Shown here: positions 33,621-41,437 of the stretch, piece after piece
Layout of the letters: every line of letters starts with the position of its first letter
How positions within the stretch are numbered: the first letter of the stretch is position 1
Assembly (NCBI RefSeq): GCF_000469585.1
Contig: NZ_AWNK01000004.1
Location: forward strand, 40,311 to 104,310
Direction: 5' to 3'
DNA: 64,000 nucleotides
Source: Chrysiogenes arsenatis DSM 11915
Lineage (GTDB): Bacteria > Chrysiogenota > Chrysiogenetes > Chrysiogenales > Chrysiogenaceae
Made by a program: the position numbers and the translations under genes
Notes under the pieces: model-generated
What the model was told of the DNA's origin: nothing
Databases searched by the model: none
The model's input: the letters and a program-made list of their open reading frames with translations, nothing else

Positions 33621-33662
33621 TTGGACAATAAAACAGGCAGCGCCATAATAAACACTGCCCGT
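33621..33662 (-). terminator. Weak candidate terminator at the end of the secretion-like operon
   Basis: Minus-strand stem ACGGGCAG / CUGCCUGU (8 bp including one G-U pair, 14-nt loop) followed by UUUAUUGU. Confidence 0.35.
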
Positions 33663-33696
33663 AGATAACCTAAATCGACTTTTTGCACACACCTCA

Positions 33697-34551
33697 TTAT
33701 TCCCGCAGGGATATTTCTTTGTCCCACTCCCAGTAAAACGTGAGGTAAGGTTCGTTTGGGCGCCTCCACCCGAGTGAGATATGGCCAAGCATGGCATCGG
33801 GAAATCTTGAGAGGATCTGGATCACCGATGCGCGGCGAGAAATACTCAAGATCTCAAAGCATTGATCCTGCACGCACGGTAAGATATCCCTAATGGCTAC
33901 GTTTAAATCATACACTCGCAAATCCACCCCTTGGCTCTGTGGCGGAGTGTTGACGTACAGAATGTCCAGTTTTTTTTCGCCATCCACAGTTGCGACACCA
34001 ATCCGATCAAGTAGGCTACCGAAGATCGGTTCAGTAACAACCTCAGGAAGCAGTAAGGGAATCGTGGCTATGGTAGCACCGGGAACCATGTGGTAAGAAG
34101 TCACGCGCTCAAGTTTCCCACTTCGAGCCCGCCATTTGTAGCCACGACACCACAATGCCGATGGTTGCCAATAAAGTTGTTCTCCAACTTGCGTGGACAA
34201 ATGAACGGGAAATTCAAGATAGAGCTTGATGACCTCTGGCGTCGCTGACGACACGTTTTCCGGAGAGACTACCGCCGATTCAATTGCCAGATAACAAAAA
34301 TTTGCACGATCCCAATCGGCAAGAATTGATTCAGATACTATGTTCGGAACACCGCCAATCTCCTGAAAATGGGAAAACAATTCCATAGGGTCGAGATTCT
34401 GTTTATCAAACCCAAAAAGCAATCTACTGCCATCAAAGCCATTTGGTGTAATTTGCAGCGAACGTTCCCACCCTACCACTCTTGAACCCAACCAATGAGC
34501 GATTTGATAATAAACATCAAGAGTCAGAAGCTTATTGGAGTGGTTACTCAT
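33697..34551 (-). CDS. Hypothetical protein (284 aa), last gene of the operon
   Basis: Long ORF whose start overlaps the SecA-like gene stop by 8 nt. It has no signal peptide, TM segment or motif I recognise. Confidence 0.6.
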   Translation of the reverse strand: MSNHSNKLLTLDVYYQIAHWLGSRVVGWERSLQITPNGFDGSRLLFGFDKQNLDPMELFSHFQEIGGVPNIVSESILADWDRANFCYLAIESAVVSPENVSSATPEVIKLYLEFPVHLSTQVGEQLYWQPSALWCRGYKWRARSGKLERVTSYHMVPGATIATIPLLLPEVVTEPIFGSLLDRIGVATVDGEKKLDILYVNTPPQSQGVDLRVYDLNVAIRDILPCVQDQCFEILSISRRASVIQILSRFPDAMLGHISLGWRRPNEPYLTFYWEWDKEISLRE

Positions 34552-36502
34552 AACTGGTAAATGTCATCCTTTTTTGACTTTCGCGTGTTGCCGTGTTCAT
34601 AAATCGACGTAAGCGAAAGGCTTTTAACTCAGCTCGGTGCTGTGTAAGTCGAATCATTGTTGTCCATAATTTATTATGGGGCCAGTGTTCTGCCAAAGAA
34701 CACAGAACGCGCAAAACGCATTTTGGCAACACGGCTCGCATAATCCCATCCTCAAGCGAAACCAGTGGGTACGCTTCGCCCGGATTTCCCTGCCGCCCAG
34801 CGCGACCGAAAAGTTGCCAGTCAATGCGAGCCGACTCATGCGGCTCCATCATGATGACGCGTAACCCTCCTGCTGCCATTACTTCCCTCGAAAGCTTAAT
34901 GTCCGTTCCCCTTCCCGCCATGTTCGTCGCTATCGTGAGTTGCCCTTTCTCGCCTGCACGGGCAACAATATCGGCCTCTTCGGTGAGCTTTTTGGCGTTC
35001 AAGAGCTGATATTTTACCCTCTCCCGATCAAGCCGACCGGCAAGTTGTTCGCTATCTTCAATGGTACGTGTTCCTACCAGCACAGGAATCTCCCGCACAA
35101 GCAATTCCCGCAAAAGATTCAATAAACCAAGCTCTTTTTCCTGTTTCGTTACAAACAGCTGAAAAGGCTGCACGATCAGTTGCGATGGAAGTCGTGAAGG
35201 AATTCGGAGTGTGCGTATCCGATAGTTAAAAAACAGCTCATGAGCAATATTCTGCAGTGTGCCACTCGCACCCGTCAGGCGCACATAATGTTTAAAATAA
35301 TTCTGAAAACTCATCCGCGCTAACGTTTTATTCGGGTGAGTGAGTGGTACACCAGCGCGAGCCTCTACTGCTTGATGCAGGCCGTAGCTCCACGATCTAC
35401 CCGGCATAGGACGGCCAGTGCCTTCATCAACAATCACCACCTCGTCGTCAAGCACTACATAATGCTGATCCTGAAGAAAGTAATCACGCGCTAGCACAGC
35501 CTGCGTAAATAAATCATGGCGTCTATGTCGGCCTCGCCAAATAGGGGGAAGCTCTTGAGCCATCTTTTCCATTAACTGTTCACCATGTGTCGTCCAACGC
35601 ACATCTCGGTGCAGCGAACTACACTGATAATCTCGGGGCGACTGTAATCTATCGACCAGCGTGCGTGCGACAAGAATAGCTTCGTGTAGTACTGGATTAT
35701 GATCTGCTCCAGAAATAATCATCGGAGTAATGGCTTCATCAATCAAAATATTATCGGCTTCATCGACAATTGCGGTATGAATGCCGCGCATCAGTAATCG
35801 ATGTGCGGTTTGCCCTTGAAGCATACGCACACTCATGGTCAGAGGCGTCACGGAGCCGCCGAAAGTGATTTGATCGGTCAGATAGTCGGCTAAGAGCTGC
35901 TTGGCCGTTGAATACACAACATCGGCAAGATACTGCGTTGGCTTCTCTTCCTGAGTATGGGTTTGCAGCACCGTAGCAACGGAAACACTGCAAAATTCGT
36001 AGAGCGGTGCCAACTCAGTAGCGTCACGCTCGGCTAAGTAGTCATTGGCAGTAATGACGTGACAAGGTCGGTTGCTCCACCCGAAAAGAATAGCGAGTAA
36101 GCCAATCGTAAGAGTTTTCCCCTCCCCTGGTGCTAGCTGTACCAAATATCCATCAAACATGGCGAGAATGGCTGCCATTTGCACTTGATATGGTTCCATG
36201 CCCAGCAGTCGCACCGATGCAAGTTGAAGGAGAGCAAGTGTTTTATGCAATAACAACCGTTCTGCAGAGAGTTGACCGGCAAGCGCGTGCAAGCGCATTG
36301 CATTCAGCTGATGGATCAATGCTTCTGGAGTCAAATCAGCGAGAGCGCGATAGTGCCGACCAATACCATCTGCTTCTTGCAGATAGTCACTCACTAGTTT
36401 TTTTTCTCGCCAGCGATGCCGCACCAGATGCCATTTTACGATGCACCAATACGGCTCTTTCGGGAGTTTTTTTAACGATGGAAGTTGCAACGATGCGAGC
36501 AT
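34544..36502 (-). CDS. SecA-like ATPase (NBD1, PPXD, NBD2) lacking the C-terminal translocation domains
   Basis: Segments line up with canonical SecA: LGMEPYQVQMAAILAMFDGYLVQLAPGEGKTL (Walker A), ITANDYLAERDA, IVDEADNILIDEAITPMIISG, DEGTGRPMPGRSWSYGLHQAVEA and TLARMSFQNYF. Further matches are PVLVGTRTIEDSE, LNAK, TIATNMAGRGTDI and HESARIDWQLFGRAGRQGNPG. The protein ends ~80 aa after that last motif. Confidence 0.85.
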   Translation of the reverse strand: MLASLQLPSLKKLPKEPYWCIVKWHLVRHRWREKKLVSDYLQEADGIGRHYRALADLTPEALIHQLNAMRLHALAGQLSAERLLLHKTLALLQLASVRLLGMEPYQVQMAAILAMFDGYLVQLAPGEGKTLTIGLLAILFGWSNRPCHVITANDYLAERDATELAPLYEFCSVSVATVLQTHTQEEKPTQYLADVVYSTAKQLLADYLTDQITFGGSVTPLTMSVRMLQGQTAHRLLMRGIHTAIVDEADNILIDEAITPMIISGADHNPVLHEAILVARTLVDRLQSPRDYQCSSLHRDVRWTTHGEQLMEKMAQELPPIWRGRHRRHDLFTQAVLARDYFLQDQHYVVLDDEVVIVDEGTGRPMPGRSWSYGLHQAVEARAGVPLTHPNKTLARMSFQNYFKHYVRLTGASGTLQNIAHELFFNYRIRTLRIPSRLPSQLIVQPFQLFVTKQEKELGLLNLLRELLVREIPVLVGTRTIEDSEQLAGRLDRERVKYQLLNAKKLTEEADIVARAGEKGQLTIATNMAGRGTDIKLSREVMAAGGLRVIMMEPHESARIDWQLFGRAGRQGNPGEAYPLVSLEDGIMRAVLPKCVLRVLCSLAEHWPHNKLWTTMIRLTQHRAELKAFRLRRFMNTATRESQKRMTFTSYE

Positions 36503-36504
36503 GC

Positions 36505-38652
36505 TTACTGGATCTGATAGCGTGATTGTAATAGCTGCCGCACTGCCAGAGCTATTTGCTCCAGAAGCGGTCTGGGCGACAATGCAATACGCATGACACC
36601 AGGAGCACCATCATAGAAAGCCGTTGGTGATTCTGAAAAACGCGCAATCACCTCAAAAAACGGCTCATCAGTTCGTAATCTCCCTTGAGCATCAGCTTGA
36701 GCAAAGAGCGTACCACCTCCTTGAAGTGCGAGTGCCGAAGAAGGGAGCTCGTGCTTCTGATACGGAATAAACTGCAGATCATGACTCTCCAGTGGCGAAG
36801 TAAACTGCCCAGGCAGACGGATTTCGGCACGTAGCAAGTTCGATCCGAAAAGATCTCCTGCCTGCTCTTGGGTAACAACACCGACAAACTGCTGCTTGCC
36901 CGGAGTAATCATTACCCCTAAACGCTCTCCACGCATAAAATGCGAATTGACCCGCGCCGGCATCACATCACTTACCCAGATCCCATCAGTCGGTGCCACC
37001 GTCTTGAGTCGATCAAGTCGTTTGTCAAGTTCATCCAGACGCCCCACCAGAAACGACTCGCGGTCATAGAGCGCTTTTAAATCACCCTGCTTACCATCCG
37101 TTGCTTTGCGGATAAGCCAACGAGTTTCCACCAATTGTTGCCCTGTCAGTTCATACTCCAGTTCTAATTCTGGATTGATAAACTCCATCAACACACTGCC
37201 TTGCTGCACGGTATCGCCAGAACGAACGACCAGCGCTGTCAAGGTTCCACCGGCTTCCGCATACAACGGCATCCGCTGCTCAGACAAAAGCACCCCCGGC
37301 GCAACAAGGGCATACGGCAGAGGAAATGTTGCCAATACCAGCAGAATGAGCAGCGGGGTAACGGCAGAAACAACGATGGCACGACGGCGATTCTGCCGTA
37401 ATTCGCTGCTTTTACGAAGATATTGCACGAGTTTCAACGTGGGGCCAATGAGCCACATGTAGCACATTGCGAGTAACATTAAAACACCGAGAAACAGTGA
37501 AAGGTCGGCCATATAAAGCAAAATCGCCACCATAACGAACAGGCGGTAACCAAAACTTGCGGCACCATACCCATAATACCAGTAACGTTCGTTACGGTTT
37601 TCCGCCGGCTCCTGCGCATCTTTGGTGCCAAGAAGTACTACGTTCGCAATATAATGCCACTGACGCCCCGCTTTCTGATAGAGATTCGGCAAATCAATCA
37701 GATCGGAGAGGACATAATAGGCATCAAATTTCAGCAACGGATTTCCATTAAAAACAAAACTCGAAATAGAACCAATAATCATGATGTTAAAAGCAAGACC
37801 ATTGACAAACCCGGGTGCTGTCAACCCCCAAACAATCGCCGCCAACGCCGCAAAAAACAACTCAACATACAGACCAGAGACTCCGACAAATGCGCGGTGC
37901 CACTTACTGCGCATTGACCATGACGAGCTCACATCAATGTAAGGAAGCGGAGCCAGCGCGATAAACATCACCCCAAGCGTATAGACATCACCACCAGAAC
38001 GGCGACATGCTATTGCATGCCCCATTTCATGAAGAAATTTCAAGAGAAACATGGCGACATAAAGCCACAAAAGGTTATCGACGGCTAAAATCCCTTGTGC
38101 CTGACTCGTAAACGATCCGAAATGGTCAATCACCGACTTCGCACCAAACAAAACCACAAGCAACCAACCAACAAAAGACCATCGCGAAAAAAAACGTTGC
38201 AGCCATCCGATATTGTTCTTCAGAAATTCATTCGGATTCCAAAGTGGAATTCTAAAATAGAGAAATGCCAGCAGGTGAGAAAGCTTTTCCTTGCGCCGCT
38301 GCTCCGCGTAGCGCTCGAAAATTGATTCGCTCTTGCCCTGTGAGCGGAAGAACAGAAGGCTCATCTGATGCAGTTGGGATAATAACATAATGACGGCATC
38401 TTGACTCGGTGCATCTTCGGGATACTCTTCCGTAAATGCTATCCAAAGCTCTTCAACCGTTCTTTCCGGAGTAAGGCGCGCAAGGAACAGATACGCCGGT
38501 TCCTGAACGCGGTAGTACTTCTCAGAACAACTATCTTGCAGCACATACCAGACCTGATCGCGATAGATCTGTTTATGAATGCGGATCGTCGGCAGTAAAC
38601 CAAGCCGCAGTGTCGCAACCTGATACCAAGATTCGCTGAATGTCGCAGACAA
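36505..38652 (-). CDS. Polytopic M50 (site-2 protease)-family protein with PqqD-like N-domain and C-terminal MFP/HlyD-like periplasmic module
   Basis: HEMGH at residues 208-212 within a TM segment, and NPLLKFDAYY at residues 304-313 within another. There are about eight hydrophobic segments between residues 150 and 450. The N-terminal residues ~37-100 are PqqD-like. The C-terminal 260 aa have lipoyl-type half motifs (AEAGGTLTALVVRSGDTVQQGSVLMEF and VAPTDGIWV) and a beta-barrel-like tail. Confidence 0.8.
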   Translation of the reverse strand: MSATFSESWYQVATLRLGLLPTIRIHKQIYRDQVWYVLQDSCSEKYYRVQEPAYLFLARLTPERTVEELWIAFTEEYPEDAPSQDAVIMLLSQLHQMSLLFFRSQGKSESIFERYAEQRRKEKLSHLLAFLYFRIPLWNPNEFLKNNIGWLQRFFSRWSFVGWLLVVLFGAKSVIDHFGSFTSQAQGILAVDNLLWLYVAMFLLKFLHEMGHAIACRRSGGDVYTLGVMFIALAPLPYIDVSSSWSMRSKWHRAFVGVSGLYVELFFAALAAIVWGLTAPGFVNGLAFNIMIIGSISSFVFNGNPLLKFDAYYVLSDLIDLPNLYQKAGRQWHYIANVVLLGTKDAQEPAENRNERYWYYGYGAASFGYRLFVMVAILLYMADLSLFLGVLMLLAMCYMWLIGPTLKLVQYLRKSSELRQNRRRAIVVSAVTPLLILLVLATFPLPYALVAPGVLLSEQRMPLYAEAGGTLTALVVRSGDTVQQGSVLMEFINPELELEYELTGQQLVETRWLIRKATDGKQGDLKALYDRESFLVGRLDELDKRLDRLKTVAPTDGIWVSDVMPARVNSHFMRGERLGVMITPGKQQFVGVVTQEQAGDLFGSNLLRAEIRLPGQFTSPLESHDLQFIPYQKHELPSSALALQGGGTLFAQADAQGRLRTDEPFFEVIARFSESPTAFYDGAPGVMRIALSPRPLLEQIALAVRQLLQSRYQIQ

Positions 38653-38655
38653 TTC

Positions 38656-40536
38656 CTACCTCCAGAGCGCAAGACGGATACGATTCAGCGTCTTGTGTGT
38701 ATAGATCCAGAAGTACGACCGTGGTTGCACATGAATTTTTGCCACCCCAGTCATACCAGGGCGCCACCACGTTTCACCATCCTCTTCAAGTTGAGCAATC
38801 ACGGTAAACCGCGCCCCCTCCTGCGACTTCACCTCAGCCATTGGAATTACGCGACTGATTCGCAGGGGAATTTTCCGCCCTGGCTGGCTGACCAGCGCAA
38901 ATTCGCCAATACTCCCCTCGCGCACATGGTGAATGTCGTCATGCGCTACTTCAACTACCACATATACATCTTCGGTTTGTGCAATACGCAGCAGGGGTTG
39001 CCCTTTGGAAACAGGTGCTGAAATCAGCTCGCGCCGCTCCCCTTCGACCACTACCCCAGTAAAGGGAGCGTGCATATGTGCTTGCGAAAGCTGATAATTC
39101 ACCCGCTCCATACGGGCTTTCACCTGCTCAATCCGTGCCAAAGCAATCGCCAAGTCCACACTGGTAAACTCTGCCCGAGCCCGATCAGCTTCGGTTACGT
39201 TTCGCTGTAACTCCGCTTGGAGTTCGGCAAGTTGCATCAGCAAATCTTGCACATCAAGCGTCAGCAACGGATCACCTTCCACCACCTCGTCACCACTGGT
39301 GACATAGGCATCGATGATCACCCCCTCAAAAGGGGCCGTAATGAGCCGAGTATTGTCCGTAACAAACTGCCCAGTCCCTTCAACAGTATGCATGGTGGAG
39401 AATGTCAGCGAGCCAAACAACAGTAAAGATCCAGCCAGTACCAACGACTTAACCAGCAGATTTTCTGCCCCCGCAAGACGGCCAATTGTGCGCAGAGCAA
39501 CCGTCCGCAACCGATCGCGCCATTCGGCATCTTGCAAATACAATTGTTCCAGCCGCGGCATCACGGTTCGTGCCAGAAAGTGCACCGCCTCGCAAGGAAG
39601 TTCCGGCAAATCATCACGGTAGTTGACGAGTGTCAATGCGAACACGGTATGGCCGTGAGAGTTCACAAGCGGAAAAGTCATAATAGATCGTGCCGCAAGG
39701 TGGGTTTGTAGTTGTTGATGAGCAAGGGTAATTACCTTTCCATCCGAAGCACGGTGACTTGAATAATGAATGGCGGCAACCTGATCCACCGACTCCTCTA
39801 AAGCCGCTTCAAACAGTCTAACGGTATCGGTTTTTTGCTCAAAGCGCTCATAGTGGCTGATCCCCTTTACCCGTGTATACGCCCCCTCTTTCCAGCCCAG
39901 CACGACCTGATCAAAGGCGCTCTGGTAATTAACGATGCCATTGGCTAACGCATACACAGCCGCTTGAAAGTTTTCGGATTGATATATTTCGCTCAGCAAG
40001 TCGAGCAAGCTTGCGAGCATGTTTTCGTGCGCCGTTTTCCGCGCATCAACTGCTTTTGACTCTGTACCTAACAACGCTGACGTGTTCAAGACGGACTCAT
40101 CCTGCACAAAGTCGAGCATTAACTGGGCACGCACAAGAATGTCGTTCAAACGTGTTGCAGCATCACAATCAATCGCTAAAATCAAAAAATATGGGGTAGG
40201 ACACAACGCACGGAGCGCGACGAAGCCGATTGACCCATCGATATGGGGATGGGGTGGACGGTGGGCAAATCCACTGGCTTCGGCCCGCTGCAGAAAAAGG
40301 AAAAATTCCTGCGTGTCTAACAAAGGCTTTGACGGGCTTTTCTGTTCTAAATCGCTGGTAGCAACCAAAAGCAGTTGATGTTCCTGTACCAAAATGAGTT
40401 CCGCACTCGGCACACGGCATACGTTCTTGACGAGCACCAGATAATCTATCCACGATGCTTGACCTGCTTGAGACTGAGTGACCCGTACGTGGTATAATTC
40501 CTGTAATCGTTGGCGAAATGCTTCTTTAGAGGCCAT
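38656..40536 (-). CDS. HlyD/MFP-family periplasmic adaptor with ~370-aa cytoplasmic N-terminal domain and one TM
   Basis: Single TM LLVKSLVLAGSLLLFGSLTF near residue 375. Then ITAPFEGVIIDAYVTSGDEVVEGDPLLTLD, a coiled-coil hairpin, HAPFTGVVV and a beta-barrel region ending GMTGVAKI. Confidence 0.8.
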   Translation of the reverse strand: MASKEAFRQRLQELYHVRVTQSQAGQASWIDYLVLVKNVCRVPSAELILVQEHQLLLVATSDLEQKSPSKPLLDTQEFFLFLQRAEASGFAHRPPHPHIDGSIGFVALRALCPTPYFLILAIDCDAATRLNDILVRAQLMLDFVQDESVLNTSALLGTESKAVDARKTAHENMLASLLDLLSEIYQSENFQAAVYALANGIVNYQSAFDQVVLGWKEGAYTRVKGISHYERFEQKTDTVRLFEAALEESVDQVAAIHYSSHRASDGKVITLAHQQLQTHLAARSIMTFPLVNSHGHTVFALTLVNYRDDLPELPCEAVHFLARTVMPRLEQLYLQDAEWRDRLRTVALRTIGRLAGAENLLVKSLVLAGSLLLFGSLTFSTMHTVEGTGQFVTDNTRLITAPFEGVIIDAYVTSGDEVVEGDPLLTLDVQDLLMQLAELQAELQRNVTEADRARAEFTSVDLAIALARIEQVKARMERVNYQLSQAHMHAPFTGVVVEGERRELISAPVSKGQPLLRIAQTEDVYVVVEVAHDDIHHVREGSIGEFALVSQPGRKIPLRISRVIPMAEVKSQEGARFTVIAQLEEDGETWWRPGMTGVAKIHVQPRSYFWIYTHKTLNRIRLALWR

Positions 40537-40548
40537 AAAACCACACCA

Positions 40549-41433
40549 TCACAGCTGCACTCGCGCTTTTAATCCTGGCCGAAACCGATTATCCACGTTG
40601 CGATATTCAACCTTCACTTCGACTAATCCACTTGCCGGATCAGCTACTGGTGAGAGAAAAGAAATCGCCCCTTGTGCGCGCGTGGATTCCACTGCAAAAT
40701 CAACTTTTTGCCCTATCGTAAGCTTCGCTGCGATAGCACTCGGAATACTGATGCGGATGTAAATATACGAAGTATCAACCAGTTCGATGATCGGCTCACC
40801 CGCCTGAGCCCATTCCCCTTTTTTGAGGCGAATTTGGGTGATAAATCCTTTACTGGGCGCGAGTAGAGTCCGTTGGGCAAGGACTTGTCGGCCAATTTTA
40901 TAATCGTAGTCTTGTTTTTTTTCTTCTAACTCAAGCAGTGCAACTTCGCTCTCTGTTGTGACTCTATTGATGATCATTTGATTGAGCTCATCAAGACTGA
41001 TTGATCTACTTTCATGGTACAACTCAAGAGCGGATTTTACTTGCTCCACTTGCAGCAGTAACCGAGCGCGAGCCCCGTCCAATGCACTCTTGTCCCGCAT
41101 CAGCGTTTCAAGGCGCGACAGTTCAAGTTGCTCAATATGTTGCTCCAGCACCAAGAGCGGTGTTCCCTGATCGACGTAGGCTCCTTCTGCGATCTTGACT
41201 TCACTGACCACACCGCTAACCGCCATTGCGAGCAAGTAGCGCTCACGAGGGTACACCACACCTACCATCGCATCACTTATTGCAACCGTCTCATGTGGAC
41301 TCACCTCTGGACTAAATGAACGGAAATCGCCACGCGAACGAGTGCTTGGAGCCTCGCTCGCTATAGCGAATACATTCAAGGACAAAAACAGCAGGAAAAA
41401 AATACAGTTGGTCAATCGCATAGTGCCCTTCAA
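40549..41433 (-). CDS. Secreted MFP/HlyD-family periplasmic adaptor
   Basis: Signal peptide ending AIA|SEA. Lipoyl halves (VSGVVSEVKIAEGAYVDQGTPLLVLE and LAPSKGFITQI), a coiled-coil hairpin, and a beta-barrel with LVEVKVEY. Confidence 0.85.
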   Translation of the reverse strand: MKGTMRLTNCIFFLLFLSLNVFAIASEAPSTRSRGDFRSFSPEVSPHETVAISDAMVGVVYPRERYLLAMAVSGVVSEVKIAEGAYVDQGTPLLVLEQHIEQLELSRLETLMRDKSALDGARARLLLQVEQVKSALELYHESRSISLDELNQMIINRVTTESEVALLELEEKKQDYDYKIGRQVLAQRTLLAPSKGFITQIRLKKGEWAQAGEPIIELVDTSYIYIRISIPSAIAAKLTIGQKVDFAVESTRAQGAISFLSPVADPASGLVEVKVEYRNVDNRFRPGLKARVQL

Positions 41434-41437
41434 AATT

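Noticed and set aside
33697-34551. Idea that the 284-aa unknown is an ABBA-type prenyltransferase or another RiPP tailoring enzyme
   Set aside because: The idea rests only on a vague alternation of beta-like segments. I cannot point to any diagnostic motif, so it stays hypothetical.
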